From positions 62,246 through 126,245 of the forward strand of contig CAVPKM010000009.1 of assembly GCA_963705725.1 (NCBI GenBank): a stretch of 64,000 nucleotides of DNA. Reading direction: 5' to 3'. The translations under genes and the position numbers were made by a program. The DNA comes from an uncultured Gammaproteobacteria bacterium (GTDB taxonomy: Bacteria > Pseudomonadota > Gammaproteobacteria > UBA6002). Below the pieces are notes generated by a model. That model did not search any database. It saw only the letters and a list, made by a program, of their open reading frames with translations, and had not been told where the DNA came from. This document shows, piece after piece, positions 21,059 to 30,568 of this stretch (position 1 is its first letter; each line of letters opens with the position of its first letter).

Positions 21059-21089
21059 GTAACTATTCAGCACAGGGTTAAATAGTTAC
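21059..21089. repeat. Minimal copy of the GTAAC...GTTAC repeat family
   Basis: gtaactattcagcacagggttaaatagttac, between rlmN and hisS. Confidence 0.75.
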
Positions 21090-21094
21090 TGTTT

Positions 21095-22240
21095 TTAATG
21101 ATCCACTGCTTCAATTGCGATTATCTTCCCATTGCTGAAATTATTTACTTTTTGCTGCCATTTTTCGCTACGACGAGTACGATCTTGAACTTGACCCACT
21201 AACTGACCACATGCTGCATCAATATCTGGCCCTCTGGTTTTACGAATGGTCGTTAGGATACCATTTTCAGCAAGTATTTTTTGAAAAGCTCGAATTGTCT
21301 CCATCTTTGATCGCTCATAACCGCTATTCGGAAAGGGATTAAAGGGTATCAGGTTCATTTTACAAGGAACGCCGCGTAGTAATTTGACCAACTGCTTGGC
21401 ATGATCATGGTGGTCGTTAATGTTTTTTAACATTACATACTCAAAAGTCACAACCCGACGAGGATCATCTTCATAGTAGTCTTTACAAACAGTCATTAAT
21501 TCTTCAAGCGGATATTTTTTATTGATTGGTACTAAAAGATTTCGCAGTTCATTATTCGGTGCATGAAGTGAAACGGCTAATGCGACCGGGCTTTTCGCTT
21601 TGAGTTGTTTCATTTGTGGAATTAAACCCGATGTACTGAGTGTCACGCGATATTTAGAAAGATTATAAGCCAAATCATCCATCATAATATCCATCGCATC
21701 TAACACATTTTCAAAATTGGATAAGGGCTCTCCCATTCCCATTAAAACTACGTTAGAGATAACACGATCTTTTATTGTCCCATCTTTTGATAACCACCGA
21801 TAAGCAATCCAAAGCTGACCTATGATTTCTGCCACCGAAAGATTACGATTAAAACCTTGTTTTGCGGTGGAACAAAAACTACAGTTTAACGCACAGCCTA
21901 CTTGAGAGGAAACACAAAGCGTTCCGCGATTTTTTTCTGGAATAAAAACCGTTTCAATGCAATTGCCATCAAATAAACGGATCAACCATTTGTGAGTCCC
22001 ATCACTTGACGCTTGATCCCACACTACCTCAGGAAGTTTAATTTCTGTTGTTGCCGCTAGTTTCTGTTTCAAGCTTTTGCTAATGTTACTCATCCCATCC
22101 CATTCAGTCGATCCCATTTGATGAATCCATTTAATCAACTGCTGACTTCGGAAAGGCTTCTCCTCCATGGTGAGAAGCAGCGCCTCCAATTTCTTACGAG
22201 GATAATCGAGTAAATTTATTTTTGAACTAGGCAGATTCAC
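21095..22240 (-). CDS. rlmN: 23S rRNA/tRNA m2A methyltransferase
   Basis: [13 protein letters not shown] radical-SAM motif, MGMGEP, DAACGQL; probable GTG start at 22240. Confidence 0.97.
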   Translation of the reverse strand: MNLPSSKINLLDYPRKKLEALLLTMEEKPFRSQQLIKWIHQMGSTEWDGMSNISKSLKQKLAATTEIKLPEVVWDQASSDGTHKWLIRLFDGNCIETVFIPEKNRGTLCVSSQVGCALNCSFCSTAKQGFNRNLSVAEIIGQLWIAYRWLSKDGTIKDRVISNVVLMGMGEPLSNFENVLDAMDIMMDDLAYNLSKYRVTLSTSGLIPQMKQLKAKSPVALAVSLHAPNNELRNLLVPINKKYPLEELMTVCKDYYEDDPRRVVTFEYVMLKNINDHHDHAKQLVKLLRGVPCKMNLIPFNPFPNSGYERSKMETIRAFQKILAENGILTTIRKTRGPDIDAACGQLVGQVQDRTRRSEKWQQKVNNFSNGKIIAIEAVDH

Positions 22241-22661
22241 TATAAATTTCATCCTGATGAAAAAAGAATGCAATTTCCTGTGATGCGGTATCGCTACCAT
22301 CCGAACCATGAACAATATTTTCATCGATTGATTTAGCTAAATCTGCACGAATAGTTCCCGGCCTAGCCTTACTTGGATCTGTATCGCCCATTACATCACG
22401 GTTTTTTTTAATGGCATCTTTGCCTTCCAAAACTTGAATCATGACCGGTCCTGAGATCATGAATTTAACTAAGTCTTGATAGAATGGCCGTGCTTTATGA
22501 ACAGCATAAAATTCTTCTGCTTCTGCTTGGCTTAAATGTTTCATTTTAGCAGCAACAATTTTTAAACCTTCTTGTTCAAACCGACGATAAATTTCGCCAA
22601 TGTGGTTGTCCTTCACTCCATCTGGTTTAATAATGGATAATGTTCTTTCAATCACAATCAT
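22227..22661 (-). CDS. ndk: Nucleoside diphosphate kinase
   Basis: [10 protein letters not shown] and NIVHGSD motifs. Confidence 0.98.
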   Translation of the reverse strand: MIVIERTLSIIKPDGVKDNHIGEIYRRFEQEGLKIVAAKMKHLSQAEAEEFYAVHKARPFYQDLVKFMISGPVMIQVLEGKDAIKKNRDVMGDTDPSKARPGTIRADLAKSIDENIVHGSDGSDTASQEIAFFFHQDEIYSESA

Positions 22662-22686
22662 TTCCTCACTTTATTTTATGAATGTT

Positions 22687-23064
22687 TCAATTTTGTGCAA
22701 AAATATCTGCGTTTAAGGCCGCATTAATTGCTTCTATTACCATAAGCGCACTATGAACTTTTAAATCAGGGATCGCAAGTTCCTTGATAATTATGGTGCT
22801 AGAAAGTTGATGCACTTGTTCAACTGACTTCCCTTGCAACCATTCTGCCGCATAGGAACACGCAGCAATAACAGGACAAGAGCCATAGGCTTTAAATTTT
22901 GCTCCCGATACCTTATTTTTTTCTATCTTAATCTCAAAATGGATAATTATTCCATTTTCATAATTACCCACGGTCCCCCTGCCCACTCCTTTTTCAGAAG
23001 AAGGAAAAGTTCCTACATTTTTTGGATGATAAAAATGCGTTAATAATTTTTCGCTGTACTTCAT
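22687..23064 (-). CDS. iscU: IscU/NifU-N-like protein with degenerate Fe-S ligands
   Basis: [22 protein letters not shown] motifs; overlaps the iscS stop; canonical cysteines are altered. Confidence 0.75.
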   Translation of the reverse strand: MKYSEKLLTHFYHPKNVGTFPSSEKGVGRGTVGNYENGIIIHFEIKIEKNKVSGAKFKAYGSCPVIAACSYAAEWLQGKSVEQVHQLSSTIIIKELAIPDLKVHSALMVIEAINAALNADIFAQN

Positions 23065-24230
23065 TTTTCACCCAACGGCGAAATTTCACGCAATCTCAGT
23101 ACAACCTGTTTAATATGTTGAATAGCTTCATCAATGTCAGCCTCTGACGTGAAGCGACCAATACTAAAACGAATGGTGCTATTTGCCAATTCATTTTGTA
23201 CACCAATTGCACGTAGCACATAGGAAGATTCAGTTGTTGCCGAATTACAAGCTGCACCGGAAGAAACCGCGAGCTTATTTAATCCTAATAATAATGCTTC
23301 TCCTTCAATAAAATCGAAACTAATATTAAGATTACCCGCCACTCGCTGAACCTCATCGCCGTTTAGATAAACATGTGAAAGACCCGCTACCGCTTTCCAC
23401 AGTTTTTGGCGCAAGGAAAGAATATGTTGATTTTCTTCATTCATTTCCGTTTGAGCAATACGACAGGCTTCACCAAAGCCTACAATTTGATGGGTGGGGA
23501 GTGTTCCAGGGCGCATCCCTCCTTCCTGCCCTCCACCATGTAAAAGTGGCTGTAACCGCACTCGGGGTTTTCGTTTTATATAAAGTGCGCCAATACCCTT
23601 GGGACCATAAATTTTATGTGCTGAAAAAGACATTAAATCTACACCGCATTCTTGCACGTCAATTGCTATTTTTCCCACACTCTGCGCTGCATCAACATGA
23701 AAAATAATGCCGCTTTGCTTCGTCAATTCCCCTATATTTTTTATATTTTGAATGACTCCGATTTCATTATTGACATGCATGATTGATATTAGAATCGTAT
23801 CTTCACGAATCGCCTGCTGAATTTTTTCCAAAGCAATCAGTCCGTTTGATTCTGGCGATAGATAGGTTACAGTAAATCCCTGACCTTCTAAAAATTTCAT
23901 GCTGTCTAGAACAGATTTGTGTTCAATTGTACTCGTAATCAGGTGCTGACCTTTACGCTTATAAAAAAAAGCCGCGCCTTTTAATGCTAAATTATTTGCC
24001 TCAGTTGCCCCTGATGTCCAAATAACCTCATTGCTTCCTGCATGAATTAATTTAGCAACTTGAGAGCGAGCAAATTCCACTTTTTCACTTGCCTCCCAAC
24101 CATAACAATGCGTTGTGGAAGCAGAATTACCATAAACTTGATCGACTGCGAGACATTCCAACATTTTATCTATTACTCGCGGATCAGCAGGAGTTGTGGC
24201 CATATAGTCCAAATAAATAGGTTTCATCAC
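23061..24230 (-). CDS. iscS: Cysteine desulfurase
   Basis: [20 protein letters not shown] and SSGAAC motifs. Confidence 0.95.
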   Translation of the reverse strand: MMKPIYLDYMATTPADPRVIDKMLECLAVDQVYGNSASTTHCYGWEASEKVEFARSQVAKLIHAGSNEVIWTSGATEANNLALKGAAFFYKRKGQHLITSTIEHKSVLDSMKFLEGQGFTVTYLSPESNGLIALEKIQQAIREDTILISIMHVNNEIGVIQNIKNIGELTKQSGIIFHVDAAQSVGKIAIDVQECGVDLMSFSAHKIYGPKGIGALYIKRKPRVRLQPLLHGGGQEGGMRPGTLPTHQIVGFGEACRIAQTEMNEENQHILSLRQKLWKAVAGLSHVYLNGDEVQRVAGNLNISFDFIEGEALLLGLNKLAVSSGAACNSATTESSYVLRAIGVQNELANSTIRFSIGRFTSEADIDEAIQHIKQVVLRLREISPLGEK

Positions 24231-24283
24231 TCAGATACTCTTCACAGTTTTTGCTAAACTATAACAAAAAAATAATATTCATG

Positions 24284-25015
24284 CTATTTCTCTATCATTT
24301 TACGATTAATTGCTGTCAAAATTCCTCTCAAAATATTCACTTCACCCTCTTCCAACTGCGCGCGCCCAAACATCCGTCTTAATTTTTTCATCATTTGCCT
24401 GGGATTTTTTGGATTGAGAAATTCGAGCTGGATTAACGTTTCATTTAAATGATCGTAAAATCGTTCTAATTGGTACGACGGAGCGATGGATGGGTGACTT
24501 TCATCTTTTTCGCGATGATCAAAACACAATCCGAGGTGAAATTCATAAGCAAGAATTTGCACAGCACTTGCAATATTTAGAGAAGCAAAATTGCTATTAC
24601 AAGGAATATGCACGTGAAGATTACACAAAGATAACTCATCATTAGTCAAGCCAATTCGCTCTTGACCAAACAAAATTGCCACCTCACCACCTTGGTTTAA
24701 TAAAGGTAAAGATCGGCACACTCCTTCTTTTGCTGTCACTAAGGGGATGGGAAGTGCACGCGAACGCGCGCTAGTGCCCAAGATAAGCTGGCAATTGAAA
24801 ACAGCTTCGGTCAAAGTAGAGACCACGACTGCACTTTCTAAAATGTCTTCAGCGCCAGAAGAACGTGCAATGGCCTCAGCATGGGGAAAACATCGCGGTG
24901 AAACTAAATACAAATGCCTAAAACCCATATTTTTAATAGCACGTGCCGCCGCTCCAATATTTCCAGGATGGGTTGTGTTAACCAAAACGAAACGTAAATT
25001 AGGATAATTTTGCAT
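24284..25015 (-). CDS. trmJ: tRNA (C32/U32) 2'-O-methyltransferase, SPOUT family
   Basis: HPGNIGAAARA, FGQERIGL, SLNIASAV and EVNILRG motifs. Confidence 0.93.
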   Translation of the reverse strand: MQNYPNLRFVLVNTTHPGNIGAAARAIKNMGFRHLYLVSPRCFPHAEAIARSSGAEDILESAVVVSTLTEAVFNCQLILGTSARSRALPIPLVTAKEGVCRSLPLLNQGGEVAILFGQERIGLTNDELSLCNLHVHIPCNSNFASLNIASAVQILAYEFHLGLCFDHREKDESHPSIAPSYQLERFYDHLNETLIQLEFLNPKNPRQMMKKLRRMFGRAQLEEGEVNILRGILTAINRKMIEK

Positions 25016-25046
25016 AGAAAAAAGCTCGAAACAATTTTTATTTTTG

Positions 25047-25218
25047 GTAACTCTTCAGCACAGGATTGAAACGTCCATATTTTGCCATCTTCGAACAAAA
25101 AATTTAATTAAAATTGCTCACATACTTGTTGTATGCTCCGCTTTAATTAAATTTTTTGTTCGAATCTAGCTAAAATCTGAACGTTTAGCGACTTCTAGCA
25201 TTTGTGCTGAACAGCTAC
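25047..25218. repeat. Long (172 bp) composite copy of the GTAAC repeat family with nested hairpins; MITE/REP-like
   Basis: Ends gtaactcttcagcaca...tgtgctgaacagctac; inner arms aaacgtccatatttt/aaaatctgaacgttt; central hairpin ttcgaacaaaaaatttaattaaa...tttaattaaattttttgttcgaa. Confidence 0.85.
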
Positions 25219-25334
25219 TATTTTTGTAGCATACTGACTTTGAACTGAAAACAAAATACCGATTTTTTCCCGAGTTTGATCCATTTAGTCATATGCTGTA
25301 ATCTTCGCTATCATAAAAAAAATCAGGAACCCCT

Positions 25335-25787
25335 ATGATGACTTCTCATTTAACAATACGAACAAAATTAAAAGGCTTTACACTGTTAGAACTAATGGTA
25401 ACCGTAGCGATACTAGCCATTATTGCTTCAATTGCCATTCCCTCCTATATCGATTACACCAAGAAAGCACATTATAGCGAACTAGTTCGAGCTACTGCGC
25501 CTTACAAGTTGGGGATCGTGGAATGCTATCATACTCATGGAACCTTTTCAGGTTGCTCATCTGGAGCTACCGCCTTTGATGGTATTCCTCCTTCTATCAC
25601 CACCCCTCCTGCACCAAACAGCGTGATTGGCACGATTACTGTTACTGATGGAATCATTACTGGGCAACCCAATGCTGTTTACGGGCTAAGCCACGATCAA
25701 GTGTTTGTTCTAACGCCTAATGCTTCAAATGGAATTATTTCATGGACTTCCTCCGGCAAGGCCGTAGAGCAAGGATTAACTAAGTAA
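25335..25787 (+). CDS. pilA: Type IV major pilin
   Basis: Prepilin cleavage motif KG|FTLLELM followed by a hydrophobic helix; upstream of pilB and pilC. Confidence 0.9.
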   Translation: MMTSHLTIRTKLKGFTLLELMVTVAILAIIASIAIPSYIDYTKKAHYSELVRATAPYKLGIVECYHTHGTFSGCSSGATAFDGIPPSITTPPAPNSVIGTITVTDGIITGQPNAVYGLSHDQVFVLTPNASNGIISWTSSGKAVEQGLTK

Positions 25788-25797
25788 AGATCGTTAA

Positions 25798-27504
25798 ATG
25801 ACGAAATCTCATTCGAAATTGAGTGGATTGTTAAATTACTTAGTGAGGGAAGGACATTTAGATCTGATAAAGGCGAGAAAAGCAGAAGCGCTTTCCAAAC
25901 AAAAAAATATACCGATTACGGTTTTTTTAGGAATGAAAAACTATCTTTCCTATTCTAACCTAGCAAAAGCCGTGGCTTGTTATTTTAATTTACCCTATGT
26001 CGACTTAAATTATTATGATCGTGAAACCTTGCCTAACAATATTCTCGCTTGGGAATTAATCGAAAAAAATTTTGTATTGCCACTTTGCAAGCAGGATGAA
26101 CAACTTATACTCGGCGTTACTGATCCATCACTTCCAAATTTAAACGAAATAAAATTTCTAACAGGATTATCTCTTCAAATCGTTATTGTTGAACATGACA
26201 AACTCTGCCAAAAAATTGATTTAATTCGTTCTCATTTATTACAAGATATAATTAAGAATGAGGAAATGGAGGAAATCTATTCAACTAGCCTCAATGAAAA
26301 TAAAGAAGACAATTTTTTTTCACAATCAAATACAGCTCCTGTCGTTAAATTTATTGATCGCCTGCTACAAGATGCAATACAACAAAAAGCATCGGATATT
26401 CACCTTGAACCTAACAGAGATTATTACCGAATAAGATACCGCATCGATGGATTGTTATATGAAATTGGCCGGCAACCAATCAAGTTCGCTAATTACTTCA
26501 CCACCCGTTTAAAAGTGATGGCGAACCTTGATATATCCGAAAGAAGATTACCGCAAGACGGTCGAATTATGACGCATTTCACACAGACATTGACAGATCT
26601 TCGTCTTAGCATTTGCCCCACTATCCACGGAGAAAAAGCTGTGATCAGGATATTAGCGACTCGACCAGGATCGCTGGATATTAATGCCTTAGGAATGAAT
26701 TCATTACAACAAACAGTATTTTGTGATGCAATGTCCTTGCCGCAAGGTTTAATTTTAGTCACAGGCCCTACTGGAAGCGGGAAAACCAATACACTGTATA
26801 CTGCACTCAATCGATTAAACATCGACGCGGTAAATATCTGTTCGGTAGAAGATCCGGTTGAAATTCAACTCGCTGGTATTAATCAGGTACAAATTAACCC
26901 AAAGGCAGGACTAACCTTTGCAAAAACTCTACGTGCTTTTTTACGTCAAGATCCAGATATTATTATGATTGGCGAAATTAGAGATTCAGAAACTGCTGAA
27001 ATCGCTGTTAAGGCTGCTCAAACTGGACATCTAGTATTCTCAACTTTACACACAAACAGTGCAGTAGAAACAATCAACCGATTAGCCGCAATGGATATCG
27101 CTTCCTATGACCTCGCTAGCGCACTAGTATTAATTCTTGCGCAACGTTTAATTCGTTGTTTATGTGAGTGCAAGCAAAAGGCTGAAGTGACGCTTACTGC
27201 ATTATTGCAGGCTGGATTTCAGCGCGAAGAAGTGGGTGATGTTATTGTTTATAAACCCAATGGATGTAACCAGTGTTATCAAGGTTATAAAGGTCAGCTG
27301 GGGATTTATGAAGTGCTGCCGATTTCAAAAAGCATGAAATCTCTTATTCAAAAAAAATCTGACTCGCTTACCTTGTTTGAACAATCCAACCTAGAAAATA
27401 TCGCAAGCTTACGAAAATCTGCCCTTGATAAAGTCAGTCAGGGTCTGACCAGTTTAGAGGAAGTAGATCGGGTTCTTGGAGAAATCAAATGGCAAACAAA
27501 TTAA
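25798..27504 (+). CDS. pilB: Type IV pilus assembly ATPase
   Basis: ASDIHLEP, GPTGSGKT, LRQDPD and GHLVFSTLH motifs; Zn-binding Cys residues. Confidence 0.95.
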   Translation: MTKSHSKLSGLLNYLVREGHLDLIKARKAEALSKQKNIPITVFLGMKNYLSYSNLAKAVACYFNLPYVDLNYYDRETLPNNILAWELIEKNFVLPLCKQDEQLILGVTDPSLPNLNEIKFLTGLSLQIVIVEHDKLCQKIDLIRSHLLQDIIKNEEMEEIYSTSLNENKEDNFFSQSNTAPVVKFIDRLLQDAIQQKASDIHLEPNRDYYRIRYRIDGLLYEIGRQPIKFANYFTTRLKVMANLDISERRLPQDGRIMTHFTQTLTDLRLSICPTIHGEKAVIRILATRPGSLDINALGMNSLQQTVFCDAMSLPQGLILVTGPTGSGKTNTLYTALNRLNIDAVNICSVEDPVEIQLAGINQVQINPKAGLTFAKTLRAFLRQDPDIIMIGEIRDSETAEIAVKAAQTGHLVFSTLHTNSAVETINRLAAMDIASYDLASALVLILAQRLIRCLCECKQKAEVTLTALLQAGFQREEVGDVIVYKPNGCNQCYQGYKGQLGIYEVLPISKSMKSLIQKKSDSLTLFEQSNLENIASLRKSALDKVSQGLTSLEEVDRVLGEIKWQTN

Positions 27505-28694
27505 GACGATACACTTGGAAAGGAATTAATCATCAAGGTTTACGTGTTAAGGGAGAACTTTTTTGCTGCAGTTTTAACGATATGAAAATTGAATTACTCA
27601 ACCAGGGAATAGCACTCATTCACGTAAAGAAAAATTTTTCTGTTACGCTTTTTGAAAAAAAAATTTTAAAAAAAGATATTGCACTTTTTGCCTATCATCT
27701 TTCCACCTTGCTTTCTACGGGTATTTCACTTATCAAAGCAATTGAAATTATCGCAAATTCACAAAATAAAATTCAAACTCAGCAACTTTTTTATCTTGTT
27801 AACAAAGAAATTCTTTCAGGAAAAACCTTTCATGAGTCTTTACTAAAATATCAATCTTTTTTTAGCCCACTTATTATTGAATACATAAAAGCAGGAGAAC
27901 TCTCTGGAACGCTAGAAATTATGTTACAAAGATTAGCGGATTATTTAGATAAAACTGAACAATTAAAAAATTTAGTTAAAAAAAATTTATATTATCCTCT
28001 CACTGTCATCAGCCTGACCCTTGTCGTTGGCTGTTTATTGCTTATTTTTATTGTTCCTCAATTTGAACAACACTTTTTCTCTTTTGGGGCTTGCCTTCCT
28101 TTTTTTACTCGTTTAATTATTCACATATCCCAAATTATCAAGACACAGGGGTTTTTTATTTTACTAAGCGCTGGATTACTTTTAGCATTTTTAAATTACT
28201 TTTTTAAAGCATCAAAAAAATTTCGACATTTTGTTGATGGTTATTATTTGAAAATTCCTATTATCGGAACCCTAATTAAAAAAATGATTTTTATCAGAAT
28301 TTGCCGCACATTATCCACCACGTTAGCAGGTGGCATCTCTATGCTAGATTCTTTAAAAATCGTATCTACACTCACAAATAATACTCTCTATTATTATACT
28401 ATTGCCAAAATAAGTGCCCTGGTTGCTAGCGGCCAAATGGTACATGATGCAATGAAAAAAACTCATCATTTTCCAAATTATATGATTCAAATGATTAAAA
28501 TTGGCGAAGAATCAGGGACATTACCCATTATGCTTGAAAAAGTAGCCCGTTTATTTGAGGTAGAAGTCGAAAATTTTGCCAATCGCTTAGATCAACTACT
28601 TGAACCTTTGCTTATTTTGATATTAGGCGTGATGGTTGGAAGTTTTGTGTTAGCCATGTATCTACCTATTTTCAAGCTTGGGGCAATTTTTTAA
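27489..28694 (+). CDS. pilC: Type IV pilus platform protein (GspF family)
   Basis: Repeated AGELSG/IGEESG motifs, LLEP, AMYLPIF C-terminus. Confidence 0.93.
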   Translation: MANKLRRYTWKGINHQGLRVKGELFCCSFNDMKIELLNQGIALIHVKKNFSVTLFEKKILKKDIALFAYHLSTLLSTGISLIKAIEIIANSQNKIQTQQLFYLVNKEILSGKTFHESLLKYQSFFSPLIIEYIKAGELSGTLEIMLQRLADYLDKTEQLKNLVKKNLYYPLTVISLTLVVGCLLLIFIVPQFEQHFFSFGACLPFFTRLIIHISQIIKTQGFFILLSAGLLLAFLNYFFKASKKFRHFVDGYYLKIPIIGTLIKKMIFIRICRTLSTTLAGGISMLDSLKIVSTLTNNTLYYYTIAKISALVASGQMVHDAMKKTHHFPNYMIQMIKIGEESGTLPIMLEKVARLFEVEVENFANRLDQLLEPLLILILGVMVGSFVLAMYLPIFKLGAIF

Positions 28695-28704
28695 ATATGA
28701 ATGG

Positions 28705-30336
28705 TTACATCACTAGGCAGGAGTCTCTTTTATTAGAATCTTGAGAATCTCCTGGGTTAGTTTTTTCATTATTTTCTTCTGGATGCGAAATTTGCTCATC
28801 CTTCGGAAAAACCCCATAAACTTTTTGTAATTTATCCACTAATAATGTCATCTTACGAGGGATTAGCTGATACTCAGGAAAATCTGAGCCAAGAAGACGA
28901 GAATATTGATTGTATCCAAAACCATAAAGCTGATTTTCGGGGCTTAACACTAAGGTACGCGCAACACCAGGAATAATTTCCTTGACTGCGATATCTCCAT
29001 CTGACAGTGCAGAAATACGTTTTGGGGTAAGGTGGTTTGCTTTGAACTGAAATTTTAACCCTTCGCTGTTCTCAGATTCTTCTGCTTTATTCTCCTCATG
29101 CCCCAGTTCTCCAAAGCAGTTGGCTCCAAAACTATAAACTGAATTATCTTCACATTTAACGAAACTCTGATTAGCGCGAACCACAATTTGACAAGGTTTG
29201 GCTTCTGAGAACTTTGCAATTAATTGAGGAGACAATACACCATTTATATGGCCTGATCCCAGTTGGCCAAAAGCATTCCCCCCAAAGGAATAAAGCCGTC
29301 CGCCTTCATAAAGTATTAAATTATGATATAAGCCACAGGCAATTTGACGGATTGCGCCAGGAATCGTTGGAACCATAGTGGGAAACAATTGTTGCTTTGT
29401 ATGTCCTAAGCCAAGTTGGCCTCGATCATTGTTGCCAAAAGCAAAAAGCAAATTCCCTTCGCACAATATTAAACTATAGTCCGCTGCAGCAACAACCTGA
29501 CGAATTTGTACATCAAACGGCATTGAAAGTTTCGTTGGAATTGCGACCTCGTTTGTATGACCGAGCCCCAGCTGTCCATGATCATTTTTTCCAAAAACAT
29601 AAACAGTATTATCTATAAGCAACAGACTATGTTCATTCCCTGCTGAAATTTGCTGACAAGGCGCGATCTCTACTAAGGTTGGAGTAACCACTTCATTTTT
29701 ATGACCTAACCCAAGTTGTCCATGCTCATTTTTCCCAAAAACATAGACTTCGCCTTCTTCAGATAGGGCAAGACTATGGGAATAAGCAGCTGAAATCTGA
29801 GAAAACTTCACCTTTGATGGCATTGGAATTTTTTGGAGAGAAACTGATAATTCCACGCCCCCTAATCCTAGTTGACCGTACTCATCACTCCCAAACCCAA
29901 AAAGCTTGCCCTTTTCATCAATAATTAAGGTATGATCTGATCCGGCACAAACTTGATTTGGAGAAATTTCAACTTGTCCTTTTTCACATTGAACAAAAAA
30001 TCCATAAGAATAATTATTAAATGTGAAAATATCCTGATGAGTGGAGATAGCGGTAAGGTATAACGTTTGAAAACGTCTTAGCGGCTGAAGAATGCTTTCT
30101 TTTAAACAGATGCTTTTAAAATATCCAAGCATATAATTCAATTCTTCAAATAATTTTTGATGTGCTTCCCCCCCTGAATTTTCTTCATATGCAAAAACTA
30201 AGGTGTTAAAATTCTCCAATCGCTGAAATATTTCACCCCTATTATAATTAACTTTCTTTTCCGTTAATTTTTTTGTAGTTTTCTTATAAAAAGTAGTCCA
30301 AATTGCATAAAGTGATATTTCTTTGACTGATTGCAT
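28705..30336 (-). CDS. RCC1-repeat candidate effector with C-terminal CaaX (CLVM)
   Basis: About seven repeats of the form G..HSL....G.VY.FG.N..GQLG.G; ends DSCLVM*. Confidence 0.88.
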   Translation of the reverse strand: MQSVKEISLYAIWTTFYKKTTKKLTEKKVNYNRGEIFQRLENFNTLVFAYEENSGGEAHQKLFEELNYMLGYFKSICLKESILQPLRRFQTLYLTAISTHQDIFTFNNYSYGFFVQCEKGQVEISPNQVCAGSDHTLIIDEKGKLFGFGSDEYGQLGLGGVELSVSLQKIPMPSKVKFSQISAAYSHSLALSEEGEVYVFGKNEHGQLGLGHKNEVVTPTLVEIAPCQQISAGNEHSLLLIDNTVYVFGKNDHGQLGLGHTNEVAIPTKLSMPFDVQIRQVVAAADYSLILCEGNLLFAFGNNDRGQLGLGHTKQQLFPTMVPTIPGAIRQIACGLYHNLILYEGGRLYSFGGNAFGQLGSGHINGVLSPQLIAKFSEAKPCQIVVRANQSFVKCEDNSVYSFGANCFGELGHEENKAEESENSEGLKFQFKANHLTPKRISALSDGDIAVKEIIPGVARTLVLSPENQLYGFGYNQYSRLLGSDFPEYQLIPRKMTLLVDKLQKVYGVFPKDEQISHPEENNEKTNPGDSQDSNKRDSCLVM

Positions 30337-30568
30337 AATTACCTCTAACAGACGAGCCCATTCATAATATATTATTATTTATCAAAAATAATATCATTAA
30401 TATTTGCAAATTAGAAGTAGATTTTTGAATCTAACGGTTGCCCCTGAGTTGCCCAAGAAACTGGAGATTGATTTTTAATTTAGGATCATACTCAAGTGCT
30501 TTAAATAGGTAATAACGTGCAAGGGGATAGTTCATTTTTTTTAAAGCGCATCGACCGGCCGCTTCGAA

